Shown here piece after piece: positions 21,135 to 31,125 of a stretch of 64,000 nt of DNA; the stretch's first letter is position 1; each line of letters opens with the position of its first letter. Position numbers and translations under genes: made by a program. Origin of the DNA: Candidatus Multivoradales bacterium (lineage in GTDB: Bacteria; Acidobacteriota; Thermoanaerobaculia; Multivoradales; JAHEKO01); assembly GCA_965248055.1 (NCBI GenBank), contig CBDFIJ010000004.1, positions 384,001 to 448,000 on the forward strand, given 5' to 3'. The notes beneath the pieces are model-generated. The model saw only the letters and a program-made list of their open reading frames with translations, was not told the DNA's origin and did no database searches.

Positions 21135-21506
21135 ATGTCACAACATCCCCTCAATCTAGCGCTTCGATTCCTTCTCGAATTGACGGCCCTGGGCGCGATA
21201 GGCCTCTATGGCTGGCAGATGGATTATGGCCCGTGGCGCATACCGATCACCATCGGTTTGCCCTTCATCATGGCAGTAGCGTGGGGAGCTTTCGCCGTGC
21301 CCGACGATTCCAGCCGTTCAGGTAACTCCCCGATACCAACACCAGGTATTTTGCGCCTAATCTTGGAATTAGTGATCTTCGGGTTCGCAACATGGGCGCT
21401 TTATTGGATGGAATTCAGTTGGTGGAGTTTGGCACTGGGGAGCCTGGTCACAGTTCACTACCTGCTTTCCTATGACCGAGTGGCATGGTTGTTGGGCCTT
21501 CGGTAA
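21135..21506 (+). CDS. YrdB family (DUF2568) membrane protein
   Basis: NLALRFLLEL, WGAFAVP, RLILELVIF. Confidence 0.8.
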   Translation: MSQHPLNLALRFLLELTALGAIGLYGWQMDYGPWRIPITIGLPFIMAVAWGAFAVPDDSSRSGNSPIPTPGILRLILELVIFGFATWALYWMEFSWWSLALGSLVTVHYLLSYDRVAWLLGLR

Positions 21507-21815
21507 ATCCCTGCAGCCAGCATTATTTGAATGGCGCATGTTTTCTCTGCACCCATTCTTGCGCAGTCCCTGGCCCTTTCTTGCTCTGCCCAACACTCAC
21601 CGTCTCCACTCCAATTGATGACCTCAATCTCACCGACATCAACAATAGCGGGACTGCGGGTATCCGTTTCATTGAAACGGTTGGCACTGCATCAACCTCG
21701 ACACACGGCTCTATCGTTGGCTCCAGTAACTGGCTCGGCCATCAGCAGGTATGCACTCCGATGGTCCTCGGCATTCTAAGTTGAACCAGACAACGGTCGG
21801 ATAAGCTAGCGCGCC

Positions 21816-23084
21816 ATGCAACCGCCGCAACGGCATCGTTCAGGGTTTATCGCCAGTCTCGGCCCTGGCTTCATATGGGCAGCTTCAGCCATCGGCGTCT
21901 CCCATTTGGTTCAATCGACCCGTGCCGGGGCGACCTACGGTTGGGCTCTGGTTGGCGTGGTAATCCTGGCCAACGTGCTGAAATACCCCTTTTTCGAGTT
22001 TGGACCGCGATACGCAGCAGCGACCGGCGACAGCCTGCTCGAAGGCTACCAACGGCTTGGCCGATGGACGATCTGGGTTTATCTCGTGCTCACCGTCGGC
22101 ACCATGTTCGCCGTGGTTGGCGCGGTCACCCTGGTCACCGGAAGTCTGGCGACGCAGATTTTCGGCGACGTACTGAGTCCCTTTGGTTATAGCGTTGTCC
22201 TGCTTCTGGTTTCCGCTGCAATCCTTTTCATCGGCCGCTATCCGCTGCTGGACACCCTGATCAAGGTCATCATCGTCGTCTTAACCCTGTCGACAATTTC
22301 CGCGGTGGTCATGGCCGCCACCGCCAACCCGATGACTGCGACCTCGGCGGGAGGTGAAGGCTCCTCCGTTCTCTGGACCATGGCTGGGTTTTCGTTCCTG
22401 ATCGCCCTGATCGGTTGGATGCCGTCCGCCGTCGACATATCCGTCTGGCATTCACTCTGGACCCTCGAGCGCGCCAAACAGACCGGCCATCACCCCACCG
22501 TTCGCCAGGCGTTGCTCGATTTCAACATTGGATACCTGGGAACGGCAGTGATGGCGCTCGCGTTTTTATCCTTGGGAGCGCTGGTTTTCTTCGGCTCAGG
22601 AGAAACGGTAGCCGACGCACCTGTAGCGTTTGCCTCACAGCTGGTGCGGATCTACACCACCGCGCTCGGACCCTGGAGCCGACCGTTGATTCTTGCCGCC
22701 GCCTTTACCACCATGTTCTCAACCACTCTGTCGTGTACAGATGCCTTTCCTCGAGTGCTATCGCGAACAACCGGCATCCTAGCGCCCAAATTGGCGCGCG
22801 CGTCGTGGACCTACTGGGGATCGATGGCCCTACTCATCGGTGGTGCTTTGCTGCTCATCAGCGTGTTTCGAGGTCGCCTGACCCTCATGGTCGACATCGC
22901 CACTACGTTGTCGTTTCTCACTTCGCCGATTCTCGGCTGGTTTAATCTCAAAGCGGTTACCGGAGATTGGATGCCTGACGGTACTCAGCCTCCCGTGTGG
23001 CTGCGCGTCCTGTCATGGGCAGGGCTTGTCTTCGGCGTCACCTTCGGCATCGCCTTTCTTACTTGGCGCTTCGTGCTCAGTTGA
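21816..23084 (+). CDS. NRAMP-like divalent metal transporter family protein
   Basis: LGPG, GVSHLVQSTRAGA, KYPFFEFG, GWMP, TMFSTT; about 11 TMs. Confidence 0.8.
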   Translation: MQPPQRHRSGFIASLGPGFIWAASAIGVSHLVQSTRAGATYGWALVGVVILANVLKYPFFEFGPRYAAATGDSLLEGYQRLGRWTIWVYLVLTVGTMFAVVGAVTLVTGSLATQIFGDVLSPFGYSVVLLLVSAAILFIGRYPLLDTLIKVIIVVLTLSTISAVVMAATANPMTATSAGGEGSSVLWTMAGFSFLIALIGWMPSAVDISVWHSLWTLERAKQTGHHPTVRQALLDFNIGYLGTAVMALAFLSLGALVFFGSGETVADAPVAFASQLVRIYTTALGPWSRPLILAAAFTTMFSTTLSCTDAFPRVLSRTTGILAPKLARASWTYWGSMALLIGGALLLISVFRGRLTLMVDIATTLSFLTSPILGWFNLKAVTGDWMPDGTQPPVWLRVLSWAGLVFGVTFGIAFLTWRFVLS

Positions 23085-23306
23085 CCTGGATCGGTTGCCC
23101 TTGACGGGCGCCTATCCTGCTAACGACGTCGATCTCGCCGGCATCGCAATCGATCTCCAGCTTCCACTCGTCAAGCGTCCGAGGGCAGGGAGCACCGACG
23201 TTGAAACCGTTGCACGATTCCGTCAACCAACAAAGGGTTGGATCGAGCAACAGCTCGAAGCCATACGGCTGAGGAAAAATCTAGCCCTTGACACCATGCC
23301 TCCTAA

Positions 23307-23575
23307 CTAGGGCCTGTTAACGCTTGTCAGATCGCTGCGACGGTGGTCCATTTTGTTCAATGCGAGAAACGACAAGCGCAATGTACTCTAGTACTTCAGT
23401 GAGGAGAGACGAAGCAGTGGGCAAAATGGGACCCGTCCCTTCGGGTTGCTGGCCCAAACGGTCCCATGCTGCGTTGCTCGTCGCTCATTTGGAACGGCCA
23501 AACTTCACTCCTCACGCCTTGCTTGCCCCGTTGAGCCGGCAACGCAACAATCTGACAAGCGTTAACAGGACCTAG
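23307..23575. mobile_element. MITE-like element (about 270 bp) with terminal inverted repeats
   Basis: CTAGGGCCTGTTAACGCTTGTCAGAT at the left and ATCTGACAAGCGTTAACAGGACCTAG at the right (26 bp, one mismatch), CTAG at both ends, no credible ORF. Confidence 0.85.
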
Positions 23576-23595
23576 TGGTACCTATCATTGGCTGC

Positions 23596-24009
23596 TCAGT
23601 CATAGTAGAACTCGGCGACCTTCTCAGTCACGCGGCCATCGCGGTATATCACGACTCGTATTCGATAGTGCGTGTCACCCGGACTGTGAGTCCACCGCGC
23701 TGTCCTTTCCATGCCCAACTCGGATTCTCCAGCAAACCAACTGCCCAGAGGTGGCCCCAAGATCTCTTCTACTTCGGCTTCAGTCATCCCGACACTCACG
23801 CGTCGGAACGCTCTTTTAGAATATCCATCAGCATATACCGTGTCCTCGCCCAGGAGTAAAGTCACGAAAAGACTCTGGGGACCATCCAGCGGCCACTCCA
23901 CGATCGCTCTACCGAGACGGAACATGACCAGGATCACCAGGACCATGACACAGACCAGAGATAGAAGAAGACGGCGTGAGATCACTTCAGAATCACTCGT
24001 TGCGTGCAA
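23596..24009 (-). CDS. Membrane-anchored SmpA/BamE-like domain protein
   Basis: TM helix followed by VSVGMTEAEVEEILGPP; start uncertain. Confidence 0.6.
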   Translation of the reverse strand: MHATSDSEVISRRLLLSLVCVMVLVILVMFRLGRAIVEWPLDGPQSLFVTLLLGEDTVYADGYSKRAFRRVSVGMTEAEVEEILGPPLGSWFAGESELGMERTARWTHSPGDTHYRIRVVIYRDGRVTEKVAEFYYD

Positions 24010-24108
24010 TGGACAATGTTGCTCCAGTACATGCCCATTTCACGTTGCCAAGCGCTCTCTTGTTGGGAGGGCACCTATTCCCGCCTATCGCCACAATTTC
24101 TGCCAGCA

Positions 24109-24651
24109 CTATTTCTGTGCCGCAATTTGAAACAGCCAGGCCGATGTGAGCCACACAGCAACGAAGACTCCCGTCAGTATCAGGGTGCCGTCCCATCCAG
24201 CGGCCATGGCAATCACAGCCACCAAAGTCTGAGCCAGCGCCGTAGCCACCAACACACGGGCCATTCCCCGTGGCTGGAAGCGCACGATGATGGCACCCAT
24301 GATCCCGACCGCTAGCACTCCGCCGTACATCAAGTTGGCAGGGTTCCCCTCTTGCCCGATGATGCCAACCGCAAGGTTGATCCAGACCAGAATGAACGCC
24401 GCCGCGAGTGCAACGCCAACTGCAGCGCGGTACGTGTTATTGCCCGTCGCCCTCGCTGCCAGCTCGTAGGTGCCGCAAGCGCCAATCAACATGGCACCGA
24501 AAACAGCGAAATCGACTAGGTCCCAAACCACTTCTTCGGTGAACTGCATCGCGATCAAGGGCAGCGCCAGTACCAACATCGCCGTACCCCAAACCGCTAC
24601 TCTCCAGCGGCTACCGTCTCGTCCACTACCGTTTGCTGCGTTCTCTGCCAT
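24109..24651 (-). CDS. Hypothetical integral membrane protein
   Basis: ATG 24651 after GGAGG; about 6 TMs; PLIAMQFT..V.W and WINLAVGIIG.EGNP. Confidence 0.75.
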   Translation of the reverse strand: MAENAANGSGRDGSRWRVAVWGTAMLVLALPLIAMQFTEEVVWDLVDFAVFGAMLIGACGTYELAARATGNNTYRAAVGVALAAAFILVWINLAVGIIGQEGNPANLMYGGVLAVGIMGAIIVRFQPRGMARVLVATALAQTLVAVIAMAAGWDGTLILTGVFVAVWLTSAWLFQIAAQK

Positions 24652-24873
24652 GACTTTGCCTCCGAGAGGATGACCCAATATGCCGCCTGAACATGCCGTG
24701 AGTATGTCCTGTTTGTGGCGAAAACGTGGCTCGGCGCCCAACGCTCTTTCTGCAGGCATCGCACCACTTTCGCTATTCGATGGCACCTTTTTCTGCACTT
24801 TTTTCCGGCAGCACCTGATTAGCCGGCAGATCCGATCCGGATCGATCGTCGGACCGGTAAGATCGCCCAACCA

Positions 24874-26397
24874 ATGGTTAATCCCGACTTACAATCCCGG
24901 CTCTCTCATGCACTGGGGATGACTCTCGCTTTCGCTGGCTTGGCATGGGCAGGCCAGGAGTCGGCAACAGCCTGTACCACCGTTCTGATCGGCAAGGGAC
25001 TCACCGCCGACGGTTCGGTGATTCACGCTCACAATGAGGATATGGGCAACGACGCAGCAGGACGTTTGTGGGCGGTCGCCCCAGCGCAACACGCGGAGGG
25101 CGTGACGCTTGGCGTGCCCTACGTCGAGCTGCCACAGGCCGCTACGACCTTCGGCTATTGGGCTTCGGGTAATGCCTCGGGAGCGGCTGGACTGGGCACA
25201 TCGAATCAGAGCCTCCCGTACGACTCGGTGCTCGTGGGACTCAACCAGCGCGGTGTTTCGATGAGTTGCAACTGGGCTCATTCGCGCGAAGACAACCTCG
25301 AAGGTGTCGGCATTCGTCGGTATGCAATACGACAGCTTCTACTCGAACGGGCAACCAGCGCCAGGCACGGCGTCGAGATTCTCGGAGAATTGATCGAAAC
25401 CTACGGTCAGGCCGATTGGGGCGGCTTGATCTACAACCTTGCCGATAGCAGCGAGGCTTGGGTGGTTGAAACCACCAGTCGAAATTGGGTCGCGCGCAGG
25501 GTCCGTGACGATGAGATCCGCGTCACGGCAAACCGCTTTAGAATCGGCGCGGACTATGACCTGAGCAGCGAGACTCTGGTTAGCCATGCGGTCGAAAACG
25601 GTTGGCTCGCGTCGGCAGAGGAGAGACTGGACTTTAGCCAAGTCTACGGGCGGCGCGCCGTAATGAACCAACCGTACGACACCCGCCGAGAGCAGCGAGT
25701 TCTGGCGATACTAGAAGCGAAAGTAGGTGGGATTGAGCCGCGCGATCTGTTCCCGATCCTGCGCGATCGCTATGAAGGCAGTGATTTGTACACGCCGCCA
25801 CAACCAACTCCTGTCTGGCGTAAAGACCTCGCCGAACGGCCTGAGATTAGCCGTACTATTAACACCAATCTCGCGCAGTCAACCTTTGTCGCTCATATGC
25901 GCGGCGATTTGCCGGTCAGCGTGGGTTCCGTCATGTGGTTCGGGTTCGGTACCCCGAGCTACGCAGGGTACGTGCCTCTGTACGCCGGCGGCAACTCGGT
26001 TCCGAGGGAGTATTCAGCCCAGCCTCAGCAAGCCGAGCTTGGTTTGGAAGCAAGCCCCAGTTCGGCATGGTCGTGGTTCAGACAGCTGCAGAGGGCAGCC
26101 GACCCTAGATATGAAAAGGTTTATCCGGCCGTCAGAGCTGACTGGGACGTGCAGCTTGCAAGGTCCATGGAGAAGACAAGAAAGGCCGAGCGTGCGGCTC
26201 GGAATTTGCTCGAGAGCGGGCAGGCCGAGGCGGCCGTTCGCCTGCTGGCGGTGGTTACAGATGAAATCGGCCAGAGCACCCTGCGGCAAGTCCGAAAGCT
26301 GTTGGATCGCGTCGAGGTAGGCACAGCAGACAACGTGTCCGCCTCCGAGGGTCAAGAGCTTGGCAGTTCGACTGCTAAATCAGCAAAGAAAATGTGA
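24874..26397 (+). CDS. C69 family dipeptidase (Ntn hydrolase), secreted
   Basis: Signal peptide followed by ACTTVLIGK..TADGS...HNED, GLNQRGV. Confidence 0.85.
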   Translation: MVNPDLQSRLSHALGMTLAFAGLAWAGQESATACTTVLIGKGLTADGSVIHAHNEDMGNDAAGRLWAVAPAQHAEGVTLGVPYVELPQAATTFGYWASGNASGAAGLGTSNQSLPYDSVLVGLNQRGVSMSCNWAHSREDNLEGVGIRRYAIRQLLLERATSARHGVEILGELIETYGQADWGGLIYNLADSSEAWVVETTSRNWVARRVRDDEIRVTANRFRIGADYDLSSETLVSHAVENGWLASAEERLDFSQVYGRRAVMNQPYDTRREQRVLAILEAKVGGIEPRDLFPILRDRYEGSDLYTPPQPTPVWRKDLAERPEISRTINTNLAQSTFVAHMRGDLPVSVGSVMWFGFGTPSYAGYVPLYAGGNSVPREYSAQPQQAELGLEASPSSAWSWFRQLQRAADPRYEKVYPAVRADWDVQLARSMEKTRKAERAARNLLESGQAEAAVRLLAVVTDEIGQSTLRQVRKLLDRVEVGTADNVSASEGQELGSSTAKSAKKM

Positions 26398-26573
26398 AGC
26401 CGAAAAACTCTCCCAGCGGATGTTGGCAGGCTATTTTTCTCTGGTCTCCATGAGTTTTTGGTGGCAGCTCGGCTCCCTGAGCTTCTATGATGCCGCCTAA
26501 TGAGTGGCACTTATTTTCGCTGTCAATACCTGTTTCTGAAACTGGGCGCAGCACCCGACCAAACCACGGTCAG

Positions 26574-26912
26574 CTAGCCATAGAAAATCGGATCTTCGTC
26601 GACAACCGAGAGAAGGTCTCCGATGTCGGGGGATGGCGAGCAGTCTCCATAAATATGCCATTTGAGGTTGCGGTCAAGCCAGTACAAGTTCCATAGACGA
26701 TCTTTCACCAAGAAACGAAGTTTCGCGACATCGTAGTTTCGGTATTCGGTTGGGTTGTCCCAAAGGGGGCGGCGCTCCGCAATGTACGCGTAGTTGCCCT
26801 CGATGCGGTAAACGATCTCCAATAGGTGCTGAAGGTCCGGCTTGGTCCGGTCCGCGCAGTACTTTTGGAGCACCTTCTCGGCTTTGTGGTTTTCTATCTC
26901 GCTGATTGGCAT
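26574..26912 (-). CDS. DUF3024 domain protein
   Basis: ERRPLW, VAKLRF, WNLYWLDRNLKWHIY, VDEDP. Confidence 0.8.
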   Translation of the reverse strand: MPISEIENHKAEKVLQKYCADRTKPDLQHLLEIVYRIEGNYAYIAERRPLWDNPTEYRNYDVAKLRFLVKDRLWNLYWLDRNLKWHIYGDCSPSPDIGDLLSVVDEDPIFYG

Positions 26913-27116
26913 ACAAAAAAGACCCTAAAATAATCAGAAGTCGAGGGGCTTCCGAGTGAAATCCCGCCTAATCTTATCTAAGCGCTACCCCGGGCAACAA
27001 CCCCGCCACACTCAAATCTTCATCTGCCGCAGGCCAGTGAATCCCCTCCCCACCAATTCTGCAGCTCGGGTAGCACCTATTTCTCCCGGGACCATGGGCC
27101 TGCCCAGAACCAATTC

Positions 27117-27788
27117 CTACCCCCCCAAACCGAATCCCATCCACATCACACTAGCAACCAAGCCTAGTACCGCTACGCTAATAGGTACAGCTGCCCAAAT
27201 TTCTGAGCGTCTTGCCTTCTCTGCGAGGTTCTGTACTTCAGGCAAATCGGCCGCGTCAGCCAAAACGCGCCAACTCTCCGTACGACCCGGTGTATCAATT
27301 CGCGACGTCGCACGACGCCAAAGATCCGGGCAATCGGCCTCCAGGCTCCTTAGAAGTCGCCACTTCGCCTCCATCTTGCTACGAGTTGCGAACCAGTGAC
27401 AAATCAACAGACCCGACCAGCTGATCAGAATCGCTAGGCTACCGCCTACGGTCCAACGATTGGCTTCGGCTATCTTGAGAATCCAAATCCAAGGCACAAA
27501 AAATATGAAGGCATTCTGGGAAAGAGCTGCCCAAAGCTCATACCGCTCTGCGGAAGTGCGCACAAGGCCCTCTTTGTCAACCAACGCCCAGGCCATCTCG
27601 GAGGCCTTTGGAATATTCCACCAAGGGTTCTTGTGCGGCCTGTCCGGGTAGATCGGCGACCTATCCCTATGGCGCTCTAGAGTCTCGACGAGGCGCTTGC
27701 GCATTGTGAACTGGTGACCAATCCCTGCAAACATCGCGACTATTCCCGCGATTGCCGCAACAGCAAGAACCATAACTCCTGAGCTCAC
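27117..27788 (-). CDS. Hypothetical membrane protein
   Basis: 223-aa ORF with about 4 hydrophobic segments; no recognised family. Confidence 0.5.
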   Translation of the reverse strand: MSSGVMVLAVAAIAGIVAMFAGIGHQFTMRKRLVETLERHRDRSPIYPDRPHKNPWWNIPKASEMAWALVDKEGLVRTSAERYELWAALSQNAFIFFVPWIWILKIAEANRWTVGGSLAILISWSGLLICHWFATRSKMEAKWRLLRSLEADCPDLWRRATSRIDTPGRTESWRVLADAADLPEVQNLAEKARRSEIWAAVPISVAVLGLVASVMWMGFGLGG

Positions 27789-27930
27789 CGCTCAATATTA
27801 CGCCATTATGCTAGCTAGTCGGCGCGTTGTAATATTCCGTAATATTCAGGTTCTATTTCGGACACTTCATTTACTCGGCTGAGACTCCTCCGGAACCTGT
27901 CAACAACTTTGAGACAGTTGGCAGAATTAA

Positions 27931-28944
27931 TTAGTGTATCGGGACGACCTCCTTGGCGTGTTGACGTTCGGGTGGATTGATCCATACGGCTCTGGGTAGC
28001 AGCTGAATGGTCGGTCTTCCTCGGACAAAGCGCTGCGAGTTGTTTCGCCAGGCTTCATCGAGGGCCAGTTGACGGATCTTGAGCTTGTGGTCGGCCTTGC
28101 CGTAGTGGACATCTTCGGGTGTCAGCATGGCGATGCCGGCGTGCCGGTGCTGGGTGTTGTACCAGATAAAGAACGACCTGCAGAAGGCGATAGCGTCCTC
28201 GATCGAGCCGAACCGATCGGGAAAGCTCGGGTGATACTTGAGGGTCTTGAATTGTGCTTCGGAGAAGGGATTATCGTTGGAGATGCGAGGCCGCGAGAAC
28301 GACTGAGAGATACCAAGCCGTACGAGGAGTCGTCCGGTGTCCTTGGCGGTCATCGGCGAGCCCCGATCACTGTGTAGGGTTAGCTGATTCTTGGGAATGC
28401 CTTGCTTGGTTGAGGTCTCCTCGAGAAGCCTTTGGGCTAAGGCCTCGCGTTCGTGCTCGGCGAGCATCCAGCCGACCACATAGCGGCTGAAGATATCGAG
28501 GACAACGTAGAGATAGAACCACCATCCCGGCTGAGGCCCTCTCAGCCGGGTGATATCCCAACTCCAGACTTGGTTTGCCGCTGTGGCGAGTAGCTCTGGC
28601 TTGGTATAGACCGGATGGCGGCGTTGGCGCCGTCTCTCCTGCAGCGTCTTCTCAGCTGCCAGGAGTCGGTACATGGTGCGCTCCGAGCACAGATAGCGTT
28701 CTTCGTCGAGAAGGGTGGCCACCACGGCCGCCGGTGCAGCGTCGACAAAGCGCGGCCCGTTGAGTAGGTCAAGGACCTGTTGTTTTTCGCTGACTGTCAG
28801 TGCCCGAGCTGGAGTCGGTCGAGGCTGCTGAGGCTCGGTTGATCTCGGCCGAAGCCGACGATAGAACGTTGCACGACTGACGCTCAGGCTCCGGCAGGCC
28901 GGTGCGATACCGACCCACGGAGCCAGCGTCCTGGCCGCTTTCAC
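27931..28944 (-). CDS. IS3 transposase OrfB (rve integrase core)
   Basis: NQVWSWDIT, LDIFSRYVVGW, LHSDRGS, DNPFSEAQFKTLKY DDE motifs. Confidence 0.95.
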   Translation of the reverse strand: MKAARTLAPWVGIAPACRSLSVSRATFYRRLRPRSTEPQQPRPTPARALTVSEKQQVLDLLNGPRFVDAAPAAVVATLLDEERYLCSERTMYRLLAAEKTLQERRRQRRHPVYTKPELLATAANQVWSWDITRLRGPQPGWWFYLYVVLDIFSRYVVGWMLAEHEREALAQRLLEETSTKQGIPKNQLTLHSDRGSPMTAKDTGRLLVRLGISQSFSRPRISNDNPFSEAQFKTLKYHPSFPDRFGSIEDAIAFCRSFFIWYNTQHRHAGIAMLTPEDVHYGKADHKLKIRQLALDEAWRNNSQRFVRGRPTIQLLPRAVWINPPERQHAKEVVPIH

Positions 28945-29333
28945 GAGTTCTTCTCGCCCTCTGAGGGGATACCCAGCAGCCCGGCTACTTTTCTTTGCAC
29001 ATCGATGATCAGCTGTGCCCTGTGCAATTCGTTCTCAAGCCGAGTCTTCTCCCGCTCTAGTCGAGCAACCTTGCTTTCCAACGGGTGCCTTTTGGGTTTG
29101 CGTCCGCGCCTCTTGCCGAGCGCGGCAAGCGATCCCCGTCGCCGAGCTAGGCGCCAGTTAGATAGATGAGATGAGTAGAGACCCTCCCGGCGCAACAGGG
29201 ACCCGACCTCCTCTCGGCTGGAGCAAGCGTCGGACTGCTCCAAGATCGCCAGCTTGTACTTTGCCGTAAACCGCCGTCTGGCGGGTCGAGCCTCGATCTC
29301 AGGGTCGGGTACCGATTCGGGGGTCGAGGGCAA
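28941..29333 (-). CDS. IS3 transposase OrfA (HTH)
   Basis: RRRFTAKYKLAIL, LLRREGLYSSHL..WR, coiled coil. Confidence 0.9.
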   Translation of the reverse strand: MPSTPESVPDPEIEARPARRRFTAKYKLAILEQSDACSSREEVGSLLRREGLYSSHLSNWRLARRRGSLAALGKRRGRKPKRHPLESKVARLEREKTRLENELHRAQLIIDVQRKVAGLLGIPSEGEKNS

Positions 29334-29604
29334 CTGCGCCGTCTCCCCTCCGGCTCCAACCCCGCACCTTCCCAGATAAAGATCGCTAAATGGAACTTTA
29401 GGATCATCCGTTCGATCGGCGACGTATTCTTCTCAAGTGCATCACGAAGAATACTAATAGCTCGCAGCTAATCGCTACGTCGATAGGCTATCAACGCATC
29501 ATTGAACTCTTTGTGCGGATGCATCTAGTCGCCCGGCGGTCGCCTGTGCCTGATGTCTCGCAAAACCCTTCTCCGCGACTCACGATCGGAAGCCAAGAGA
29601 CTGT

Positions 29605-29751
29605 TTACCCTCTTCCACTTCCGCCGCATGTTCGGCACTTTCTACTTCCTTTGCAGTAGTTACAGAGCTTTCCATCGCCCGTTCCTCGCTTACCCGTGCC
29701 ATAACATTCACCACATTCACCGGTTCCACCGCATGCTTTGCAGTCGCTCAC
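29605..29751 (-). CDS. 48-aa DnaJ-type zinc-finger microprotein
   Basis: AGGAGG-6nt-GTG start; MSDCKACGGTGECGECYGTGKRGTGDGKLCNYCKGSRKCRTCGGSGRG with four CxxCxG motifs. Confidence 0.75.
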   Translation of the reverse strand: MSDCKACGGTGECGECYGTGKRGTGDGKLCNYCKGSRKCRTCGGSGRG

Positions 29752-30054
29752 AAATGACCTCCTGGTTGTTCCCTCGGTCTGGCCCACAACTACAATCGAG
29801 CCCAACCTACAACTTTCTTCGATTATCGACTCAGGGATCATAGCACCCCCTATCTCAACTTTTTCAGAATTAGCAGAATCGTTCGTTCAATAGCGTTGGG
29901 CAATGCACCGTTAGTGGGACCTTCTCTTCGGGGAACACAAACCAGGAGATCTAACTGCTTTGAAGGCCCACCAAATCAGTAGAGACATCTCCGGCTCTTC
30001 GACGTGGAGGTACATCCGCCCGAATCATGCACACTACGGACAAGTTCCTATGCA

Positions 30055-31113
30055 CTAAACGTTGAACCGAAAATTGATCACATCGCCATCGGCGACTAGG
30101 TATTCCTTGCCCTCAAGGCGCAGGGTGGCGTTGTCGCGGCAGGCGGCCAGGGAGCCGGCCTCGATCAGGGCGTCGCAAGCGACGACTTCGGCGCGGATGA
30201 AGCCCCGTTCGATGTCCGAGTGGATAGCCCCGGCGGCTTGTTGGGCGACGGTGCCGCGGCGAATGGTCCAAGCGCGCACTTCGTCTTCGCCTACGGTGAA
30301 GAACGAGATTCTGCCGAGCAACGAATAGCTTGCTGCCAAGATCCGCTCCAGACTGGTCTGCTCTAGCCCCAAGTCGCCGAGGAAAACTTCTTGATCTTCG
30401 GCATCCAACTGGGCGATTTCCGCCTCGATCGGTGCTGAGACCGCAATCGATTCGACCCCTGGTGACAGCGGTAAGTCGAGTTGCTGGCGCAGCGACTCCT
30501 CATCGCCGTTGACCACCACCAGCATCGGCTGCGCGGAGAGCAATTGAAAGCCGCGCAGGCGGCGATCTTCGTCGGTACTGAGTTCCAATGCTCGCAAGGG
30601 TTGTTCAGCCTCCAGCTGGGGTAAAACCTTGTCCACCAACAAACTCAGTTCGGCTTCTTCATCCTGACTCAAGCCCCGTTTCTTGGATTTCTCCAACCGC
30701 TCGCGACGGCGATCGACCAGGGCGTGGTCGGCCAGGATCAGTTCTAGATCCAGATCGACGATGTCGCGCTCGGCGTCCACTGAGCCCGAAGGGTGTGGAA
30801 TTTCGTCATCTTCAAAGGCACGCACTACGTGCACCAACGCGTCCACGGTCTTGAGCGCCACCAGCTCGGCGTCTTCAGCCCCCTTGCCCAATTCCAGGCC
30901 CGGGATGTCGACATATTCGATGGTTGCGGGAATGTACTTTCGCGGCTTGTAGAGATCACGCAGTGTCGCCAAGCGCCGGTCGGGAACCTTGGCAACGCCA
31001 ACGTGCGTTTCACGGGAAACGCCAAATTTGTCGGTGTCAACGTCGGCTCCGGTGAGCAGATTGAATAGGGTCGTTTTGCCGGATTTTGGAAATCCGAGAA
31101 TGCCGAGTTTCAT
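30055..31113 (-). CDS. ychF: YchF/OLA1 family ATPase
   Basis: GFPKSGKTT, VPD.RL, YVDIPGL, FFTVGEDEVRAW, AGAIHSD, EGKEY.V.DGD. Confidence 0.9.
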   Translation of the reverse strand: MKLGILGFPKSGKTTLFNLLTGADVDTDKFGVSRETHVGVAKVPDRRLATLRDLYKPRKYIPATIEYVDIPGLELGKGAEDAELVALKTVDALVHVVRAFEDDEIPHPSGSVDAERDIVDLDLELILADHALVDRRRERLEKSKKRGLSQDEEAELSLLVDKVLPQLEAEQPLRALELSTDEDRRLRGFQLLSAQPMLVVVNGDEESLRQQLDLPLSPGVESIAVSAPIEAEIAQLDAEDQEVFLGDLGLEQTSLERILAASYSLLGRISFFTVGEDEVRAWTIRRGTVAQQAAGAIHSDIERGFIRAEVVACDALIEAGSLAACRDNATLRLEGKEYLVADGDVINFRFNV

Positions 31114-31125
31114 AGCTAGGGTTTC

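Larger units (their letters stand above)
27891..29333 (-). mobile_element. IS3-family insertion sequence (upstream terminus not identified)
   Basis: orfA and orfB overlap by 4 bp; downstream end reads TGTCTCAAAGTTGTTGACAGGTTCCG on the minus strand. Confidence 0.8.

Noticed and set aside
21510-21790. Possible small gene or fragment between the YrdB-like and NRAMP genes
   Set aside because: No convincing start, RBS or recognisable motif in any frame.
29555-29575. TGTCTC as the upstream IS3 inverted repeat
   Set aside because: The match to the other end does not extend beyond 6 bp.
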